Shown here piece after piece: positions 1 through 11,673 of a stretch of 64,000 nucleotides of DNA. The stretch lies in the NCBI GenBank assembly GCA_965287045.1, contig OZ336877.1, positions 86,180,001 to 86,244,000 of the forward strand. Reading direction: 5' to 3'. The translations under genes were made by a program, and so were the position numbers. Positions within the stretch are counted from its first letter, which is position 1, and every line of letters begins with the position of its first letter. The DNA comes from Carcharhinus amblyrhynchos (lineage: Eukaryota). Below the pieces are notes generated by a model. That model saw nothing but the letters and a program-made list of their open reading frames with translations. It was not told the DNA's origin and searched no databases.

Positions 1-650
1 TCAAACATATGATCAGCATGAACACGAATGAAGTAATGTATCAGTGCTCAAGAAAAGCCCTATCTGAAGTTCAAAGCTTCAGTCTATGACCAGACTCTGT
101 CAGCAGTGGATAAGTTCACTTATCTCTGCAGCACACACACTCTCTCTCAAGCTGTCTATATTGATGACGAGATGAATGCAAAGCAAGTGTAACCTTCAGC
201 AGACTTCAAACAACAATCTATAGGGCAATAGTCCTGTTCACTCTGCTCTATGCATGCGAGACTTGGACTTTATATCAGCACCATGCCAAGAAGCTCAAGC
301 ACTTGCAATTCAGCTGACTTCAGAAGCTGCTGAAGATCAAACGACAGGACAAAATACCAGACACTGAGGTTCTCACCTGAGCTGACATACCAAGCATCCA
401 AATCATATTGAGACAGTCACAACTGAGTTAGGCTGATCATGAAGAAAAAATGCCAAATGCGCAATTAACAAGGTGAATCTTCTATGGAAAGTTAGAGTCT
501 AGAGCGTGCTTGGTCACAGGAAGTGCGACATGGGCACTCCAAAGGCTTCATTTAGGAATTCTGACATTTGACATCGAGTGGGAGAAGTTCACTTAGGATT
601 GTTGTGCCTGGCACAACCAAATAAAAAACTCTGCAGCCTCCTGTGAAAAC
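1..650 (+). mobile_element. Decayed RTE-clade LINE, 3' part of ORF2
   Basis: Translates with frameshifts and stops to IYRAIVLFTLLYACETWTLYQHHAKKL...LLKIK.QDKIPDTEVL. It resumes at about 1780-1920 with a CPICSKTF..H...H zinc-finger remnant. Confidence 0.8.
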
Positions 651-656
651 AAGCAG

Positions 657-1780
657 CATGGTGGCACATTGGTTAGCAACAGCGTCAGTGACCTGGGTTC
701 AATTCCAGCCTTGAGTTGCACATTCATCCCGTGTCTGCATGAGTTTCCTCTGGGTGCTTCGTTTCCTCCCACTCTCCAAAGATGTGCAGGTCAGGTTGAT
801 CGGTCACACTAAAATGACTCTTAGGGTCCAATTTTATTACTGTGTTGCACCCGTTTTTGGGGGCGAAAACTTGGTAAAGTCGAGCATGAGGTGAATAGCG
901 CGATCCATGCCCACAGATTCAGCATGAAGCAGACATGCTCGGCAAACGTCTGTTTCGGGCGCTCCAGCTTCTGAAGAGGTAAGTTCTGAGCTTCCAATGG
1001 CTCTCTGACTCGGGTGCCATGGGGGGGGGGGGGGGGAGGGAGGGACAGATGTATCTCTGGTGGAGGGAGGGGGAGGGGTAAGGAAAGCAGGAGGGATGCC
1101 CGGTCATTCTCTAGTTTGGGGTGGAGGGGAGGGGGGAGGAGGAGGAGGAGAGCCACATCATTCTCTGGTGAAGGGGGTGATGGGGTTGCCGGGGGGGGGG
1201 GGGGGGGGTGGTTTAGGGGAGGAGGGAGGCCACTCGTTCTCTGGTGGGGAGTCGGGGTTGGGGGGGGGGCGGGGAGGGTGGCAAGAGCAGGGTGGGTCTG
1301 CTGCCACTCTGTGGGCGATCGGTCTGGGTAATGGGGGGTGGGTGCATCAGGCAGACAGTTATGTTGTGGGGGTGCGGTGATATTTGTGGGAGCCATTGCT
1401 CCCAGGCTGCTTTATCTGCTTTTTGCGGTCCGGGAGCGATGTGATAGGGGAGCGTTTTTCAAATTTTTTTTTACTGCGCATGCACAGTTGAAGGCTTCGA
1501 TCAGAGAAGCAGCACTTTGGGCACGGTAAGCCCCGCCCACAGCATGATTCAGACTCGCGCCTTTATTTTTTCAGGCTGAGTGTGTATAGGGGCAACTGAG
1601 GACAGAGTTTACAAGTCTGATCTGAATCATGTCCAGATTCAGCACTTAGAGTCAAAATAGTAAAATAGGGCTGTTAGTCTCAGGAGGGTTAGCGGGGTAA
1701 ACAGAGCCCTGGTGGAATTGCTGTCAGTTTTGGATCGATGGGTTGAATGGCCTCCTTCTGCACAATAGGCATTCTATGAT
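657..1780 (+). mobile_element. HE1-type tRNA-derived SINE split by a MITE (657-823 and 1674-1780)
   Basis: tRNA head ggtggcacattggttagca...gggttcaattcc, conserved body, and CR1-like tail gaatggcctccttctgcac...ttctatgat. Confidence 0.85.
824..1673. mobile_element. Non-autonomous PIF/Harbinger-type DNA transposon (MITE) with G-rich interior
   Basis: Imperfect TIRs gggtccaatttta...taaaatagggc, with a TTA target duplication at 821-823 and 1674-1676 inside the SINE. Confidence 0.75.
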
Positions 1781-2885
1781 ATCAAAGGCAGAGAGAAAAT
1801 GCAAGCAGAGGAAATCCTGAGTCAGAAGTTTGATCAAAATATTGTCTGAGGTATCCTGTCCCATTTGCAGCAAAACCTTTAGGATCAGCCTTAGCTGTCA
1901 TCTACACACCCACCCATCGAGAACCCACCAAACATCGCAGGTAAAGAACATGGTCATCTTTGCCTCAAAAGGATCTCAAGCATTCTGCCTGCTCTTTTTC
2001 AGAAGCTGAAGGTGTATATTTACAACAAAATCTATCTTCATTTCAGATTCTGAGGTTTTTTTCTTCTACAGTGGTAGAACTGCTTTTAAATTCTCAGTCT
2101 GCGCAGACACTGAACACAAGCATACAGGGAGGGAAGTGATCTCAACCTCCTAAAATTTAGCCTACTGTAATGATTCAAAACATCTCGAACATTTGGTTTG
2201 AATTGAACTGATTCCACAATCATTCTGACATGTAAACATTGCATAAATACTGAGCTGGGGTAATTGTGGCAAGATGCATAAAGCGCCAATTTTCTTCACT
2301 CCTGCACTTAGGCTGCTGATATTTTAAGGTCTTCTGCTCAAGAATCATATGCTACACATTAAATGCTAATGTAAAGAAGACAACCGTTCTCCAGTCGCTA
2401 CAAGAAGCCTTCATTTACATTCCAGCGTCACAACTCTAATTGTTAATTTTCACTGAGCACCTAATGACCCTGCACTGTCTATAACAGCTATTGGGCACCC
2501 CGCTGCTGCTGATGGCTGGCTTTTCAGCTTCTTAGCTTCAAAACACTGACTGGCAGGGATTTTAGCAGCGGTTATCAACATTTTAAACAGAAGCATCTCA
2601 ATTGAACCTGCCATTTTGCACGACTGTTGCTATTGGCAGCGTTGGGGAGGTAACTTCCCTCTTTTATGCTACTAATTCACAACACTTCAGGTTGCTGGCA
2701 AGTAAACAGTGAACCAGGGTCGCATGAAAATAACATTTAAGTAGACGTTCTTTAACGTCAACTGTAGATCAAAATAAAATTTAATTAAACTTGTCCCATA
2801 TTCTGGTGAGACAAATACCATACAATTTTATTATCTTTGCACTGAAAAAAAAATTAAGTATAGGCTCTTATCCTTCTCAGTGGTA

Positions 2886-3412
2886 GAGTCATAGAAATCC
2901 TACAGTGCAGAAGGCGGCCATTCAGCCCATCGAGTCTGCACTGATAACAATCACACCCAGGTCCGATCCCCGCAATCCCACATAATTACCCCGCTAATCC
3001 CTCTAACCTACGCATCCCAGAACACTAAGGGGCAATTTAGCATGGCCAATGCACCTAACCTGCACATCTTTGGACTGCGGGAGGAAACCAAAGCGCCAGG
3101 AGGAAAACTCACGCGGACACATGGAGAACGTGCAAACTCCACACAATCACCCAAGCCGGGATTCGAACCCAGGTCCCTGGAACTGTGAGGCAGCCAGTCT
3201 TATTGTGGTGCCAGTCTTATTTCACAATCACCTCATAAACAGAATCATAGAAACCCTACTGTGCAGAAAGAAGCCATTTGGCCCATCGAGTCTGCACCGA
3301 CCACAATCCCACCATGCCCTACCCCCACATATTTACCTGCTAATCCCTCTAGCCTTTGCATCTCAGGACACTAACGGGCAATTTTAGCATGGCCAAATCA
3401 ACTTAACCCACA
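2886..3412 (-). mobile_element. HE1-type SINE (2886-3195) plus a second partial copy (3241-3412)
   Basis: Reverse complement of the same SINE consensus seen elsewhere in the window. Confidence 0.85.
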
Positions 3413-3567
3413 CATTATTATTTAACATGGTGCTGCAATAAGTACAATGAAGAGCTGCAAGTAATCCAGCTCACCTGCAATGAGTTCAAACCATTGTTAA
3501 ACGGATCTTTGAAATATTATTTTAAAACTGAAGCTAGGTTCTTCAGAACTTTAGTATTTCACACTGT

Positions 3568-4356
3568 GGGCAATTTTGAGCCTATGTTGGCCATCACCAT
3601 AAATGGCAACGAGAGTCCAAAATCTCAGGAAATGGGATTCTCACTGGCACAATCCCGTCTCCAAATTTTCCACGCCCCGTGAAGCAACGAGGTTCCCACC
3701 CAAAGCATTTCAATAAATTTAAGGCTTTCCCATGATATATTTCACCCCTTTGCTGGCTACATGACAGGTTTTTAAAAATTTGAAACAGCCAAGGGGAACC
3801 CGCTACCGGTGTCAAGGTAAATATTGCACCGGTGGGGGGGAATGCCCTTGAATAAAGCCAACCTGGCTACAAGGGCTTACCCTCTGGGGCAACCCATTAT
3901 TGGGTAGATCTTCTTGTGTGTTGCTGGGGACGGAGGGGGGGAAGCATCCTGATGCTTGGTGGGGTATAGCGGAACGTTGATGCATGTGGGGGAGGGGTAG
4001 TCCATGCTTTTAGATTGGGGGTAGGAGTGGGCACCTTCATGACTGTGGGATGGGGTTGCCCTAATATTTTTGGTAGAGGGTCCTGATCCTTGTGGGTAGG
4101 TGCCCATGCCAGTGATGGAGGTCATTTTAAATCGCAGGTTGGGGTATCCTTTAAATGCAGCACCCTGATCTCTGTGATGTTGGAGTTATCAGACTCCACC
4201 CTGTTAGGGTCACAGAGAAAACCATATCCCCAGATTTCTTTTGCGCAAAGTGCATTAAAATCTAGAGAGAACATACAGCTGGAGAGCTGCTCACCAGTTT
4301 CCTCGCCTCACTGAGGGGAAGATTCACCGAATAAGTCTTCGGGAGTAAAACTGGTC
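3568..4356. mobile_element. Harbinger-like MITE
   Basis: gggcaattttg...gtaaaactggtc termini and a G-rich interior like the 824-1673 element. Confidence 0.5.
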
Positions 4357-4912
4357 ATCACCTGTCGCAAGACTCTGTCTCCAATTGAAAAGGCAACTTG
4401 GTTTACACAACATCCAACTTCTGTTTTGAAGTAAAAGTTGCATTATGAGCGAGGCACCAATGTGAATTTTAATTTCTGACTCATTGCTAATTTACATAAC
4501 CATTACCTAACGTTTGACCACTTAGTCTTCCTTCCCTTCCTCTCCCTCTCATAAATTGAAGCTCTACTGTGATGCACTGGCTCATCTAGCATGGCAAGCC
4601 TTATTGTCTGGGTTCATGCATGTAGGAAAAGAAAAACGCAGGCCTGAATCCTACATCTGTTGATTGGAAGACTGCTTGCCTCATGTACCAACCTACTGTT
4701 TTTACACTGGGCCGGTGACAAGATAAGCCTCAGCCTGTGATTCTAAGGGTCTGGCCATATTCTATGTTGATATCCTTTGTTTGTGGTGGTTAACATTGAG
4801 GAACTGGCAGAAAGACAGGAAGTGGAGATGCCGGTGGTGGACTGGGGTAAACACAGTAAGAAGTCTCACAACACTAGGTTGAAGTCCAACAGGTTTATTT
4901 GGTAACACAAGC

Positions 4913-4948
4913 CACTAGCTTTCAGAGTGCTGCTCCTTCATCAGGTGA
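4913..4948 (-). ncRNA. Minimal hammerhead motif on the RUNX1T1 sense strand
   Basis: Minus strand: CAC CTGATGA aGGAGCagcACTCT GAAA GCTA GTGG. Confidence 0.65.
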
Positions 4949-5705
4949 GTGAGATTTCAGTTCATAAACAGGGCATATAAAGACACAAATCAATTTACAA
5001 AATAATAATTGGAATGGGAGTCTTTACAGGTAATCAAGTCTTAAAGGTACAGACAATGTGAGTGGAGAAAGGGTTAAGCACAGGTTAAAGAAATGTGTAT
5101 TGTCTCCAGCCAGGACAGTTACTGAGACTTTGCAAGCCCAGGCAAGTCATGGGGGTCACAGATAGTGTGACATGAACCCAAGATCCTGGTTGAGACCGTC
5201 CTCATGTGTGCAAAACTTGACTATCAGTCTCTGCTCAGTGACTCTGCCTTGTCGTGTGTGACAATGGATGAATGAACACCACTTGACAATCACCAGGCAA
5301 GAGAGTGTTCTCTTCCTGTTGGGGAACACTTCAGCGGTCACGGGCATTCAGTCTCTGATCTTCAGGTGAGCGTTCTCCAAGGCGGCCTTCACAACACGTG
5401 ACAACGCAGAGTCGCTGAGCAGAGACCGATAGCCAAGTTCCGCACATGAGGATGGCCTCAACCAGGATCTTGGGCTCATGCTACACTATCTGTAACCCCC
5501 ACGACTTGGTTGGGCTTGCAAAATCTCACTAATTATCCTGGCTGGAGACAATACACATCTCTTTTAACTTGTGCTTAACCTTCTCTTCACTCACATTGTC
5601 TGTACCTTTAAGACTTGATTACCTGCAAAGACTCGCATTCCAACCATTATTTTGTAAATTAAGTTTGTGTCTTTATATGCCATGTTTGTGAACTGAAATC
5701 CCACT

Positions 5706-5740
5706 CACCTGATGAAGGAGTGGCGCTCCGAAAGCTAGTG
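5706..5740 (+). ncRNA. Minimal type I hammerhead ribozyme motif (Penelope pLTR)
   Basis: CAC CTGATGA aGGAGTggcGCTCC GAAA GCTA GTG: both core boxes, stem II, palindromic AGCT stem III, and CAC/GTG stem I. Confidence 0.7.
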
Positions 5741-5979
5741 ACTTGTGCTACCAAATAAACCTGTTGGACTTTAACCTGGTGTTGTGAGACTTCTTACTGA
5801 GAAAGACAAGAAACCAATGTCCTGCCCTAATTTTCAGCACTCCCATCACAGCCTACTGCACTACTGATAGAGATCTGTTAGGAAGAGGGATGGTTTTTTT
5901 TGAAAAATTGGAGCCAGGAATGGCATTACAAGTGAATTTGATTTCTCAAATAAGAATTGGAAGTAACGGGAGATTCTAC

Positions 5980-6170
5980 CTCACTGGAATCCTCCTGCTG
6001 GTTAATAATTGCGAGTGCATCTTCAGCTGCTTGCCTTTTCGCATCTGCTACGGTGCGCTCCATTTTGGCTCTCTCTGTAGCAATCATATCATGGGCCTTC
6101 CTCTCTGCTTCAGACACAGCTTTCTGCAACTCAGACATTGCCTGGCGCTTCACTTCATTCACAGCCTCTT
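5980..6170 (-). CDS. RUNX1T1: RUNX1T1 coding exon 10 (191 nt), NHR3; the final MYND exon lies outside the window
   Basis: tttttgcag acceptor, GTAGA donor. Encodes (E)[63 protein letters not shown]. Confidence 0.97.
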
Positions 6171-9100
6171 CTGCAAAAACATAAAATGCCTAATAAGTTC
6201 ACACATTCTGTCCAGTACAGTTATCCCCCAAAATAACAAGGCGTCGCTCAATAAATATCTTTCATTAAAAACTAACTGGTGTAATTATCAAAAGGATAAT
6301 GCACTCCTCCACAATTACTTTTCCCCATTATAATTTCCGCACTTACAAAACCTAAGTGACAATGATGAATGTAACATTTAATAAGGACTAATTATTAGCT
6401 GGAATATTGCACAAATTAACACTCTATTAGAACTGATTATGTCATGTTTTATGGAAGCGTTTCACTATCTGCTTAATAATTTTTTCCTGCCATTTTATTG
6501 ACTTCAGGAAAAAGTATTATATGTGAAAATAATTTGATAAGTGCATACATTACTGCAGAATCGGATATAAAGCTATATAGGAATATATGCAATATTCTTT
6601 AAAATTATCAACTACAGTTTAACCTAACAGTTTAGGTTGCACCACATTGTTGGCTTTATTAAGGTAGGCTTGGCAAGTTGCTTTCATATCATTAAAATTC
6701 ACACCTTTTTTGCATAAAATATTCACCAGATGCAATACACACCATACTTTATGTAACTTTGGATTTGGATTTTTTTCACTCTTACAGTGTACATTGTGTG
6801 AAAATATAACTTTGATTTACACTTCAATTAAAAATGTAAACAAAATGCACATTTGTCTATCTTGTGCACATGGGTTTAGGCCCCATTTCTCAATGAAATC
6901 TTCTTGCAGATAAAGTGTACCATTTCATAAATACTAGATTCATTCTTCACTAAACGGGTATGCAGTTTTAGTTTAAGGAAAACATCTTCCGTCCTCTGTC
7001 AATTTTACTGTAAATATTCAAGGTGATTTGAAATTCTGACTCAATGGCAAAACAGAAAAACAATTTTGCTTACGATCAGAACTGTAGCTTGACTAATTGT
7101 CTATGCAAATCAGGCAATTTATATTAAAATTATGCATTTCCATTCGAGCCTCACTGGCACATGGGATCAGTAAAGAGATTTGGTGGGATGTCAGTAATGT
7201 GCTTGAATAATTCCTGCAAATTACAAATAAGCATTTAACTTTTCTTCAAAACACTGAAGCTACAATTCCATATATAGGCAAACCTCATGCTACAATATGT
7301 TGTTTTTTAAAATGTCATTATGTCAACTTAAATTAAATGTGTAGAAGTCACATTTAAGATTCAGCATCTTGTTAAATAAAAACTCAATCTAATGTCCAAT
7401 TTTTGTTTAAAACATGTGCATAAATTGTTAGACAAAAGAAAACCTATTTATTCTCTCAGAAAAGAGAAGATAAATAAAAATGAATGCATAACATTTTGGA
7501 TATTTAGGTACCCTAACATCAATACGTAAAGCAATGTGCAATGAGAAAGAGCACACCAACACACAAAATCAGTCCGCTATCAATTACAAAATAGATTCAC
7601 AATCACAGAAGGAGCACAGAACAAAAAAAATTATAATGAAAGTAACCAAGTTTACAGACTTTAGCTTTTGCAATTTTCTTGGCTTGTGATCCTACCTACC
7701 CCACTGCAGTGACTCATACAAGCATTGGTAGCTCTCCTACAGCTAATCCAAAACTGGCATTCTTCAGAAGTGTTAATAAGCTGTTAAAAACAGTGATCCA
7801 CTAACCTAGCAGAGTTCAACAATTGAACCTGGGACATTCCTGATCTCTGCTGGTTCAGTAGCATGCCAGATGGTGACAGTGCTCAATGAGCCACCAGAGA
7901 AATGCAAACGTAGGCTATCATGCTATAAATTAAATATGCAGTTCAATTATGTTTCTTTGTTTGAAAAAAGCAGTAAAACCTTTTTGTGCGGATGAACACT
8001 GAAACGAGCGATAAATGGAAGCAGCTCCAAACCATGAAAGTTCATTGTGAGAAATGATGGACAGGGAGTGAGAGAGACTTAACAAAAATTAAACTGAACA
8101 TTACAGTGGAAAGGGGTCAATTCATGTGGTAAAACGAGTAACACTGCACCAATTCCACATCTTCATCACGAATGATGAAGATGTGCAAAAGCAGATTCCA
8201 TCTTGTCTGTTGATATAGTGGTTAGTGTATACTCCCCATGCCCTGTTGTAAACCCCCTTCCTAAACTCCCCTTGGGTCAATCACACAATCCAGAATCCAG
8301 GTTGTTATGTATCAGTTTTTTTTTGGGGGGGTTCTAAAACCTACCGTAATTTAGAGTGAAATCCCACCCTGAGACGGAAACAAAAACTCATGACAGTAAA
8401 GAAAGCTGCAGGTCTTCGAGTAATTATGAGCTGTGTGATTATCACTGACAGTTGTTGGACATTCTTTCTACTGTGATGTCCCAGGGCAGATGGGATAAAG
8501 CAGCTGATATTGTGTGGGACTCAGGACCCACTGACAGCACAGTGCTCATATATCTATATCTTGCTGAGATTTTGGAGCATTTAGGGTGTATGGTGACAAA
8601 CCTAACTGGCAGAATGCCGCTCCTGATGTCCCTCAAGCAAAACTGAGCATTCACGGCCTATGTAAAGACAAAGTGGGCATCAGTTCCAACAATTGTGAAA
8701 TACAGTCACTCCAGTCAGTTGAATTGTTACACTGGCCTTCTTGGATCAGACTGCTATTGGTTACCAGATATGTAAATGTGAGGCGAGATTTCCCTCATGA
8801 GACAGAAACTTGATAATTAGAAGTAGCTCCCAAGCAGAAAAGTTCACAGTGAGAAATGAGGAACAGGGAGTGAGAGAATTGAAGGATTGATTTTGGCCTA
8901 ATAGTAATCATCTCTGTTGCTAATGAGCTCTGCCAGTATTGAACACAAGGGACTTCTGTGAATTTCCCTCATTCAAGTGTGGAAGCATCATTGTTTGGGC
9001 CACCACATTTGCCTGGCAGCCAAGTCATCAAAATAACTATTTCCTCCAGAACACGGCTATCCAAATTAGTTGGAAGACTCCCGTATTTTGGGGCATTGCA

Positions 9101-9839
9101 ATAAAAGCAAAATTTTTTCTGAGTGACATCCTTTTAGTGACTCTGGCAAATAGGATGTTCTGTATCTCCTCACTCATTAGGGTCCGAGCCACGTACACTT
9201 ACATGGTCAAAAAAAAACACTCCTCACTATTGCAGCAGGAAATTTACAACATAGGAGGGTAGCTGCTGCCCCTCCTGTAAGTTCATCAAAAGGATCAATC
9301 TGTGTGTGATGAACAATGTTGCATGAAATGTGGAGACACAGCCTCTCAACCTCTCCCTGACCCAATGAGTTGAAACAGGATGTGGCACGGCTAGTCCAAA
9401 CAATAAAGAGTTGCCAATCAGAGGTCTGATTGGCTGGCAGCTCTGGGTAGGCAGGACTTCTGTCCCCAGGGTCCTTTATTCTAGAGAAGGTGTGCCACTG
9501 CTCAGTTAAGTGCCTGTTTGTTACTCATTGCAGTGGGCCTTCCCAAAAAGATGCACATGGAGATCCTGCTGATGCTCCAGACAGGAAGAACCCAACGCCT
9601 CAATTAAATACACCGTAGATTTCAGAACCATGGGTTTCCATTCTTTTGCAACCAAGCTCTGACAAGAGAAAAATGGGCAATCTCACACCTTTTCATTCAA
9701 AGAAAAATTATAACTGTCCCACATGACCACTCAAGCATTGACTTCTTTAAAGAAGGAGTGTGCCAGTGACTTTTATTTAAAGTGGAGACTGAATAAGATT
9801 TCACCATGCTGTAAAGCGACTGAGGTTCATATATAACTA

Positions 9840-9860
9840 ACACACACACACACACAAACA
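9840..9860. repeat. (CA)n microsatellite
   Basis: acacacacacacacacaaaca directly visible. Confidence 0.9.
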
Positions 9861-9895
9861 CCCTTTTTCTCCCACCATTCCATAATAAAAATTAC

Positions 9896-9961
9896 CAGCT
9901 TTTTTCCATATTTCCTCTGGCAGGTGGCCAGATGGTCTGTGAAGGAACTCCCGATGGGAAT
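9896..9961 (-). CDS. RUNX1T1: RUNX1T1 coding exon 9 (66 nt)
   Basis: Poly-T tract with cag acceptor, GTAAT donor. Encodes (D)SHREFLHRPSGHLPEEIWKKA, phase 1-1. Confidence 0.95.
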
Positions 9962-10221
9962 CTGAAAAAAAAAACAAAAATGTACTGTAAGCAAAGTCAT
10001 TTCTGGATAACTTCATTAGTGCTTTTGGAAACTTCACAAGACAAATAAGAGAATGGCACATCGCAAGCGATAAATTATTTCATTCCATTGCCCTATCTCC
10101 GGGAACGTGTTAAGAATGAGATACAATAAATGGTGCTGACTCAATCATTCATGCAAACAGTTATATCAATGAGCAAAATTCGTCCATTTTCCTGATGCAC
10201 TGACCAGCAAAGATATGCACA

Positions 10222-10319
10222 TCAGTTATCAGCTTCAGAGGAAACTGGAGCATCCAGTCTGTGCGGCTGCTTCACATGACTGCAAACCATTCGATCAGCC
10301 AACTGACGTACATACGAGT
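10222..10319 (-). CDS. Candidate alternative truncating exon (ETO9a-like position)
   Basis: ttctgctttag acceptor in intron 8. Phase 1 gives (D)SYVRQLADRMVCSHVKQPHRLDAPVSSEADN then TGA. Confidence 0.4.
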
Positions 10320-10603
10320 CTAAAGCAGAAGCGTGATTGGGGGTGGGGGGGGAAGGGTGTAAAGGTTGCATTTTCAAAGTCCGTTGACATGCAACCAACA
10401 CAAAGCAACTACAGTACCAGATCATTCATTTGGGTGAACAAGACAGGTTAGAACTGATTATGGATTCTGATGCAGTGTACCATGAAATTAGTGCTTTACT
10501 TATATTGATCCGAAGTCGGTACCAGGTTTACAATGTAACTGCAGCATCATAAGTTTTACTGCACCAAATTAAAGAGTAGGTTATGGTACCTAATGACTGT
10601 TAC

Positions 10604-10802
10604 CTAGTTGGGCAGGATCTGTATTCACAGGACTCTGTTGTCTGGAATGGCTGCTGCTGCCACTACCTTTTTTAATATCCTCCGCATCACTGTACCGCCT
10701 GATCCAGTAATTAAGCTCCTCGCGGTCAGCTTCCTGGCATCGCCGAAGGACCGTAAGCGACCGCCTTGTCTTCTCCACCATGTCCATGATACAGTTTAAA
10801 AG
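10604..10802 (-). CDS. RUNX1T1: RUNX1T1 coding exon 8 (199 nt), NHR2 tetramerisation helix
   Basis: tttcag acceptor, GTAAC donor. Encodes [66 protein letters not shown]. Confidence 0.97.
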
Positions 10803-11227
10803 CTGAAACAACACAGCAGAGTGTGCCAGTGAGCCACTCAGTCTGATCACATACTTTTCACAGAATAAAGTCACATTAACATTTGAATAAGTGTGGATGT
10901 TGTTCAATCATACAATTACTGTCCTTATTTAGAAGCTAAAATGCAGTCAAATTCTAATAGATTTAAATATAGTGCATGCTGGAAGGAGAGGCAACCTTTA
11001 ATAATGAGACAGCAGAAAATTAGTTTAAAGAACCCTACATATTTACTGATTATCACTTACACAGGACACAAATTTCCTGTATTTAACTCCAAAACATAAA
11101 TAGCACTAAATTATATAAATCATTCAGACTTTAAAGAACAGACACTCAAAATATCTGTTGTGTAAATATAAAATTGCAGTTGTTTCCCTTCAGGTTAGCT
11201 TTTCAGTAAATTGATTTATTTTCTTAC

Positions 11228-11313
11228 ATGATCAAGGTGCTTCCACTCCTCTGCCCATTCCCTATCCGTTAGTCTATGATCAATCACTTCTTCTTGACGG
11301 GTGCCATGCATCC
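11228..11313 (-). CDS. RUNX1T1: RUNX1T1 coding exon 7 (86 nt), start of NHR2
   Basis: ttggcag acceptor, GTAAG donor. Encodes (G)[28 protein letters not shown]. Confidence 0.96.
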
Positions 11314-11673
11314 CTGCCAACAGTGGAAAATAATTTCAGACTTCCAAAGCTATTCTGCTGGAAAACACGCCATTTTTTATATTATCCATCAAGTAACTCA
11401 TCACCATCCCTGCAATTCTCATCACTAACAGAAAAGTGACACATCCATCCTTCAGCAAACACACCAGTTTACCACAAATGTCTATAGGCGAGCCTTGGCC
11501 CATTGCACTTGCAACGTTCACTAGTAATAATAAACATATATCATCTCAACACGACTCATCCTTTTAGATATCTAGTACATTATTGTGCCTTTGGCAGTTC
11601 ATCAGACAATAAATCAAGAAAATGGAATGGTTATTTCATGAGTCTTTGCACGTGTTGACAGAAATCCACTCAC

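Larger units (their letters stand above)
4822..5799. mobile_element. Penelope-like element remnant with inverted arms and GIY-YIG C-terminal fragment
   Basis: About 400-bp inverted arms. Interior resembles MNEH..TITRQ..SLPVGEHFSGHGHS.SDL.VSVLQGG..TRQ.RV.EQRLI.KF.THEDGLNQDLGFMSHYL. 13-bp TSD agaaagacaRgaa at 4809-4821 and 5800-5812. Confidence 0.88.

Noticed and set aside
821-1396. 191-aa proline-rich ORF and overlapping Gly-rich ORFs
   Set aside because: Artefact of C/G homopolymer runs inside a MITE; no domain or splice context.
1-5979. Terminal MYND zinc-finger exon (SCWNCGRKA...)
   Set aside because: Not found by eye on the minus strand; it must lie beyond the window start.
5890-6333. 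147-aa plus-strand ORF
   Set aside because: Antisense shadow of RUNX1T1 exon 10.
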